64,000 nucleotides of DNA, from the NCBI GenBank assembly GCA_963851265.1, contig CAWKNZ010000002.1:64001-128000 (forward strand), read 5' to 3'. This document shows, in pieces, positions 58,774 through 64,000 of this stretch. The translations under genes and the position numbers were made by a program. Origin of the DNA: an uncultured Gemmatimonadales bacterium. GTDB taxonomy: Bacteria > Gemmatimonadota > Gemmatimonadetes > Gemmatimonadales > Gemmatimonadaceae. The notes beneath the pieces are model-generated. The model saw only the letters and a program-made list of their open reading frames with translations, had not been told where the DNA came from and did no database searches. Positions within the stretch are counted from its first letter, which is position 1, and every line of letters starts with the position of its first letter.

Positions 58774-58810
58774 ACGAGAGGCCGCCGGCAAGCCGGCGGC
58801 CTCTCGTTTT
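58774..58810 (+). terminator. Rho-independent terminator, possibly bidirectional
   Basis: acgagaggccgccggc-aa-gccggcggcctctcgt followed by ttt; lies between the hydrolase gene and the tRNA 3' end. Confidence 0.75.
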
Positions 58811-58838
58811 CGGGTCGAATATGGATCGGTTGCGCGAG

Positions 58839-58911
<73 letters not shown>

Positions 58912-59185
58912 GGTTCCGGCAACAGAATAGCCAAATCGCCGCCTACCCGGCAAGCGGTTGCCGGACCGCGCCTCCGCATGATTACCGCTCGCGCGGACGC
59001 CGCCGTCGCGCGACGCGTTGCCGCGATGCGACCCCGGCCGTAACGACCAACCTCGCGCGGGCGACCAGCCAACGTCGGCGCCCCCGCGCACACGCCGAGT
59101 GCGCTCCCGCAGGCCGGACCCCGCACCAGCAGCGCCGGTGTTCGGACGATCGCGCCGAAGTCGCCGAAGCGCGTGCCTGACGCCT

Positions 59186-59617
59186 CTACCGCCGCGCCGC
59201 GCTCGTTGGCGGCACCACCGCCGGCAGCTCCGCCCCTACGCGCGCCGTGATGATCGACTTGATCCCGCCACGCACCGCGAAATCGCCCACCACCTCCATC
59301 GCCTTCGGCTCCACCGCCGCCGCGAGGTCGTCGAGGATCCGGTTCACGGCCCGTTCGTAGAACACCCCGTCGTTCCGGAAACTCCACAAATACAGCTTGA
59401 GCGACTTCAGCTCCACGCACTTCGCGGCCGGCACGTAGCGGATGTGGATCGTCGCGAAGTCCGGCGCGCCCCCTTCGAGCGCGCGGAGGTCGGTCGCGTC
59501 GCCCTCGATTCCGCCGAGTGGGCAGAGCGACGTGAACTCGGGGCACTCCATCCGGACGTCGTAGTCGCGGTCGGGGTAGGGGTTGGCGAACGTCTCGAGC
59601 AGTTCAGGCTTCGGCAT
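59186..59617 (-). CDS. queF: NADPH-dependent preQ0 reductase (short type)
   Basis: LETFANP, PEFTSLCP, PDFA, VELKSLKLY, RGGI. Confidence 0.92.
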   Translation of the reverse strand: MPKPELLETFANPYPDRDYDVRMECPEFTSLCPLGGIEGDATDLRALEGGAPDFATIHIRYVPAAKCVELKSLKLYLWSFRNDGVFYERAVNRILDDLAAAVEPKAMEVVGDFAVRGGIKSIITARVGAELPAVVPPTSAARR

Positions 59618-59698
59618 GGTGGAGATGATACGAAGCCCCGCGGCTTGGCCGCGGGGCGAAAGTCGAACCGTCCGGTTGACGCACCGGCGGAGCGGCGC

Positions 59699-61030
59699 CT
59701 ACTGGCCGCGCAGCTTCTTCGCGGTCTCGTCGAGAAGCTGCCGCTCCTCCCCGGTGAGGCTGTCGATCCCGCTCGCGGAAATCTTGTCGAGCAGGTGGTC
59801 GAGCGTCTCGGCGCGCGCGGCCGGCGTACTGCCGCCGGCCGCTCCGACCGCCCCCGCCGCCGGGGTCGCCACACGACGCGGCGGGCGCGGCGGCACCGCA
59901 CTCGGCGGGCCGCCGGTCGACGGCAGCAAATTGCTCCCCGGCGTACCCGACCCCGGCACGCCGCCGCCGGATACCCCCCCGCCCGGCGCGCCCGCACCCG
60001 GCGCGCCCGCACCCGGGACGCCCGTACCCGGGACGCCCGTACCCGGCGTGCCCGAACCCGGACCGACGACGCCCGGCCCACCCGTGCGGGGCGTCGCGCC
60101 CGGCGGCAGGGTGGCAGGCGGCGTAGACGGCGGCACCTGCCCACTCGGCGGAGCCACATCGGCGGGCGGGGTCGCCGGCCCGCGTGGCGCGCCTGGCCGG
60201 GGCGCGGGCGGGCGGGCCGTGAGCGCGCGGCTCTGCTCCACCGCCTGGTCCGCGGCACTCCCACGCTCGCGCACCTGCCCGTCGCGGCCGCGTACGTCGC
60301 GGTCGCGCGGCGCACTCCGCGGCACCGCGCGCGGCAGACCGTCCACGATGTCCGGGGCGGGGGCGACGCGCTGGCGCAGCCGGTCGACGTCGGGCGCGGC
60401 GGGGCGGAACAGCCACAGCGCGGCGAACACGAACCCGCCGAGGTGCGCCAGGTGCGCCGTGCCGCCCATCCCCGCGCCGGCCGTCACGTCAAGCACTCCC
60501 ATCACCAGATTGATCACGGCCAGAAACGCGACCAGCCACCACACCTTCATCGGCACCACACCGAAGAACAGCGCCTCGTCGTCCGGCCAGCGGAGCGCGT
60601 ACGCGAGCAGCACGCCGAAGATCGCCGCCGACGCGCCCACGAGCACCGACGGACCGCGCGTGAAGACCGCGTGCGCCGCCGCGCCGCCGAAGCCGCACCA
60701 GAGGTAGAAGGCGGTGAACGCCTTGGTCCCCCACGCGCGCTCCAGCCGCGGCCCAAACACCCAGAGTGTGTACAGGTTCAGCGCCAGGTGCCAGAAGCCG
60801 GCGTGCACGAACATGTACGTGACCGCCGTCCACCACGCGCCCGTCGTGGCGACGGTTCCGCCCGCGAAGCCCAGGAGTTCGGGCAGGTCGTGCTGCACCG
60901 TGGCCTGGAGAAACGCGACCGCGACGTTGGCCACGACGAGCCAGAGCACGGCGGGCGGCACCGCCGAACCTGAGCGGGGCAGCCCGGCATCCTCGCCGGT
61001 CGGGTCGTAGGGCGTGACGTAGGACGACAT
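59699..61030 (-). CDS. Rhomboid protease with Pro/Gly linker and C-terminal helical domain
   Basis: TYMFVHAGFWHLALN, GASAA, AHLAHLGG; tail LDHLLDKISASGIDSLTGEER. Confidence 0.9.
   Translation of the reverse strand: MSSYVTPYDPTGEDAGLPRSGSAVPPAVLWLVVANVAVAFLQATVQHDLPELLGFAGGTVATTGAWWTAVTYMFVHAGFWHLALNLYTLWVFGPRLERAWGTKAFTAFYLWCGFGGAAAHAVFTRGPSVLVGASAAIFGVLLAYALRWPDDEALFFGVVPMKVWWLVAFLAVINLVMGVLDVTAGAGMGGTAHLAHLGGFVFAALWLFRPAAPDVDRLRQRVAPAPDIVDGLPRAVPRSAPRDRDVRGRDGQVRERGSAADQAVEQSRALTARPPAPRPGAPRGPATPPADVAPPSGQVPPSTPPATLPPGATPRTGGPGVVGPGSGTPGTGVPGTGVPGAGAPGAGAPGGGVSGGGVPGSGTPGSNLLPSTGGPPSAVPPRPPRRVATPAAGAVGAAGGSTPAARAETLDHLLDKISASGIDSLTGEERQLLDETAKKLRGQ
59982..60060. repeat. 15-nt coding tandem repeat (PG-x-G-x pentapeptides)
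   Basis: cccggcgcgcccgca x2, cccgggacgcccgta x2 and a variant, encoding GTPGTGVPGTGVPGAGAPGAGAPG. Confidence 0.75.
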
Positions 61031-61092
61031 CTGGAAACCGGGCGGCAGAAACGGCGCGCGGACGCGCCACGTGGGCGGGCGTGGGCCCCGAG

Positions 61093-62187
61093 TCAGAAAC
61101 CCCGGGTCGGGACGGCAGTTCCGAGGGCGGCCGGCACCCGGTCGGGCGCGCCGGCGAGCCGCACGATTTCTTCACACAACGCAGCAAAGTCGATTCCCGC
61201 CGCCGCGGCGCCCTGCGGCAGCAGGCTCAACTCCGTCATGCCGGGAAGCGTGTTCGCCTCCAGACAATAGCCAACCTGCTCCGCGTCGAGGCGGAAGTCC
61301 ACACGGGCGTAGCCACGCAGCCCGAGCGCGTCAAAGGCGAGCCGCGCCTGCCGCTGCAACTCCGCGGCGACCGCGGGGGGCAGATCGGCCACGCGCTCCT
61401 CGGTCATCCCCGCGGTGTACTTGCACTCGTAATCGTAGATCTCGTGCGAGGGCAGGATCTCGATCACTGGAAGCGCGCGGTCGCCGAGCATCCCCACCGT
61501 GAGCTCGCGTCCGGCGACGAACCGCTCGACCATGACCTCGTCGTCGTACCGCGCCGCCAACTCGACCGCCGGCCAGAGCGCCCCGGCCTCGCGGACGACG
61601 GTCAGTGCCACGCTCGACCCCTGCTTGCTCGGCTTGACGATTACCGGCAGGCCGAGCGCGCCGAGCGCCTCGTCGGCGAAGCGATCGCGTTCGTCCGCGT
61701 CGGCGGCGAGCGGCGCCATGCGCCAGTCCGCCGTGCCCACGCCCGCGGCGCGGAAGACGAGCTTGGAACGGTGCTTGTCCATCGCGAGCGCGCTGCCGAG
61801 GTGCCCGCTCCCCGTGTAGCGCACCCCGGCGAGCTCGAGCAGCGCCTGCAGCGTGCCGTCCTCGCCCTGTCCGCCGTGCAGGGCCAGCAGTACCACGTCG
61901 GCGTCCCGCACCGCGGGCCACGTGGCGAGCGCGGGCGGGATCCCGGCTCCCGTGCCACGGCCGAGCGCTTCGAGCGCCTCCAGCGACGGCGGGTGCGTGC
62001 CGACCCCGGCCGCGAGCAACGCCCGCTCGTCGTCGGCCGAGAGCACGCCCTCGGTCGCCACGGCCGCGGGGTCGACGCACGTCACCGCGTGCCCGCGCGA
62101 CCGCAACGCGCCCGCGATGCGCAGCCCCGAGGCGAGCGAAACGTCGCGCTCGGCGGAGTATCCGCCGAGGAGGACGGCGATGTTCAT
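61093..62187 (-). CDS. ddl: D-alanine--D-alanine ligase
   Basis: LLGGYSAERDVSL, LHGGQGEDG, AMDK, VKP..QGSS, YDYECKY, RVDF, LEANTLPGMT. Confidence 0.95.
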   Translation of the reverse strand: MNIAVLLGGYSAERDVSLASGLRIAGALRSRGHAVTCVDPAAVATEGVLSADDERALLAAGVGTHPPSLEALEALGRGTGAGIPPALATWPAVRDADVVLLALHGGQGEDGTLQALLELAGVRYTGSGHLGSALAMDKHRSKLVFRAAGVGTADWRMAPLAADADERDRFADEALGALGLPVIVKPSKQGSSVALTVVREAGALWPAVELAARYDDEVMVERFVAGRELTVGMLGDRALPVIEILPSHEIYDYECKYTAGMTEERVADLPPAVAAELQRQARLAFDALGLRGYARVDFRLDAEQVGYCLEANTLPGMTELSLLPQGAAAAGIDFAALCEEIVRLAGAPDRVPAALGTAVPTRGF

Positions 62188-62252
62188 GACGTGCGGAAGA
62201 GGTCGAAAAGGTGGAACGGAGAAACGGCGACGTCCCGAGCGCAATTTCCGGT

Positions 62253-63716
62253 TCAGCGCGCCATCAGAAACTGCAGCATGTCCCCGCGCGTGACGATCCC
62301 GGCCACGTGCCCCCCCTCGGCGACGAGCAGCGCCGGCGTCGTCTTCGAAAGCAACTTGGTGACCGCGTCCGCCGGCTCCTCCGCCCCGACCACCGGGAAC
62401 GGCTCGTCCATCACCTCGCCGACCGTGGCGTCGAGGAACCGCGTGCTCTCGAGCGAACGCGTGGTGAGGAACTGCTCGGTCACGCTCCCCACGCACTGCT
62501 CGCCGTCCATGACGGGCAGCTGCGACACGTCGTGGAGCCGCATGAGGCCTAACGCCTGCCGCACGAGCGCGCCCGGCGCGGTGGCGACGAGCTGCGACGG
62601 CGCGGTGCCGTCCCCCTGCGCCTTGCCCGCGACCAGGGCGCCGAGGGTGACGCGGTCCGGCTCGAGCAGCTGGTTCTCGCGCATCCACTCGTCGTTGTAG
62701 AGCTTCGAGAGGTAGCGCTCGCCCGTGTCGCAGAGGAACGTCACGACGCACGCGTTGGGGTCGTCGAGCCGCCGCGCGAGCTGCAGCGCGGCGTGCGCGA
62801 TGAGCCCCGCCGACCCGCCCACGAACAGCCCCTCCTCGCGCGTGAGCCGGCGCGCCGCGGCGAAGGCGTCGCGGTCGCTCACCGTCACGTAGTCGTCGAG
62901 CACCGCGAGGTCGAGCGTCGCGGGCAGCTTGTCCTGCCCGATCCCCTCGACCTTGAACGGCGCCGGCTCGCCGGCGGGCGCGCGCGGGTCCTTCCGCTGC
63001 CGCCAGAGCGAGGCGAGGATCGACCCCACCGGGTCGGCGGCGATCATCTGGATGTCGGGGTTCCGCTCCTTCAGATAGCGCCCGACGCCGGAGAGCGTGC
63101 CGCCCGTGCCCGCCGCGGCGACGAAGTGGGTGATGCGCCCGCCGGTCTGCTCCCAGAGCTCGGGGCCCGTGGTGGCGTAGTGCGCGTCGGGGTTCGCCTG
63201 GTTGTCGAACTGCCCCGCGAGCACCGCCCCCGGCGTCTCCTTCGCGATGCGCTTGGCCATCATCACGTAGTTGTCCGGGTGGTCCGGCGGCACGGCGGTC
63301 GGCGTGATGATCACCTCGGCGCCGAACGCCTTCAGCAGGCGCACCTTTTCCTGCGACATCTTGTCGGGCATCGTGAAGATGCACTTGTAGCCCTTCATCG
63401 CCGCCGCGATGGCGAGCCCGACGCCGGTGTTGCCGCTGGTCCCCTCGACGATGGTCCCGCCCGGCTTGAGCGCACCGGCCCGCTCGGCGGCCTCGACGAT
63501 CGGCAGGCCGATGCGGTCCTTGACCGAGCCGCCCGGGTTGAAGAACTCCGCCTTGCCGTAGAGCGGCGTGCGGGTGCTCCGCCCGTACCGCGCGAGCCGG
63601 ATGAGCGGCGTCCAGCCGATCGTCTCGAGGACCGAGGCGTAGGGCAGGCGGTGCCGCGGCTGTTCAGCCGCGTGTGGGTCCGTCAGCGTGTCGACGGGAG
63701 AGAGCAGGGTGGCCAT
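62253..63716 (-). CDS. cbs: Cystathionine beta-synthase with CBS domains
   Basis: NPGGSVKDRI, EGTSGNTG, GTGGT, VEGIG, CDTGERYLSK, C-terminal CBS pair. Confidence 0.9.
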   Translation of the reverse strand: MATLLSPVDTLTDPHAAEQPRHRLPYASVLETIGWTPLIRLARYGRSTRTPLYGKAEFFNPGGSVKDRIGLPIVEAAERAGALKPGGTIVEGTSGNTGVGLAIAAAMKGYKCIFTMPDKMSQEKVRLLKAFGAEVIITPTAVPPDHPDNYVMMAKRIAKETPGAVLAGQFDNQANPDAHYATTGPELWEQTGGRITHFVAAAGTGGTLSGVGRYLKERNPDIQMIAADPVGSILASLWRQRKDPRAPAGEPAPFKVEGIGQDKLPATLDLAVLDDYVTVSDRDAFAAARRLTREEGLFVGGSAGLIAHAALQLARRLDDPNACVVTFLCDTGERYLSKLYNDEWMRENQLLEPDRVTLGALVAGKAQGDGTAPSQLVATAPGALVRQALGLMRLHDVSQLPVMDGEQCVGSVTEQFLTTRSLESTRFLDATVGEVMDEPFPVVGAEEPADAVTKLLSKTTPALLVAEGGHVAGIVTRGDMLQFLMAR

Positions 63717-63729
63717 GAACGGATGCGAA

Positions 63730-64000
63730 TCACTCGTGAGAACTCACCCCGCCGGGCGCGGAACGTCCGGCGGGGTGTCGAAAGTGGACGGGGAAGAGCA
63801 GTGGCGCGGCAACGGGACGCCCGTCGTGACGGGCCGGCGTGAACTCCAGCCGCACGCTTCCGGCCACCGCCGCCGAATCCAGAAGACGTGCGCCCGACGA
63901 CTCCGCCACGCGCGTGCTCTCGGGGTGGACGCGCCCGGCCGAGTCGACCCAGAGACGGAGCGTGACGTTGCCCTCGACCCGCCGGGCGTAGAGCGCGCCG
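63730..64000 (-). CDS. TonB C-terminal domain protein (partial)
   Basis: Manual translation ALYARRVEGNVTLRLWVDSAGRV...SSG..LLDSAAV...LEFTPARHDGRPV...PVHF, TGA at 63730-63732. Confidence 0.75.
   Translation of the reverse strand, partial: GALYARRVEGNVTLRLWVDSAGRVHPESTRVAESSGARLLDSAAVAGSVRLEFTPARHDGRPVAAPLLFPVHFRHPAGRSAPGGVSSHE

Overview
Very GC-rich bacterial DNA; gene content and style suggest Gemmatimonadota (inference). From left to right: the end of an arginine operon (argB, argD, ArgA-like GNAT); an MHYT+CHASE3 kinase / receiver / hybrid kinase trio; two secreted proteins; and then a ~40 kb, mostly minus-strand locus (about 8.7-50 kb). In that locus a thioesterase-less NRPS and an NRPS-PKS-aminotransferase hybrid, a PPTase and a pair of exosortase-system-type alpha/beta-hydrolase-fold proteins are interleaved with a Wzx/Wzy polysaccharide pathway. 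The pathway includes a priming transferase, GT2s, a WecB/TagA GT, Wzy, a co-polymerase, a BY pseudokinase, a short OPX with a beta-barrel partner, a flippase, five LbH domains, a degenerate FkbH and ACP, and GH44, GH18 and DUF1996 lipoproteins. The rest of the window holds uxuA, a PEP-CTERM protein, acetoacetyl-CoA synthetase, a CHAT protease with a hydrolase partner, tRNA-Phe, queF, a rhomboid protease, ddl, cystathionine beta-synthase and a TonB fragment. Two signals stand out. (1) A candidate system that builds an amino-acyl/polyketide unit and transfers it onto an exopolysaccharide. (2) The octamer GCCTAACG/CGTTAGGC, found 27 times by eye in several reading frames, including a perfect inverted pair, like a DNA-uptake or HIP1-type signal. 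All calls come from manual motif reading, and several start codons are best guesses.
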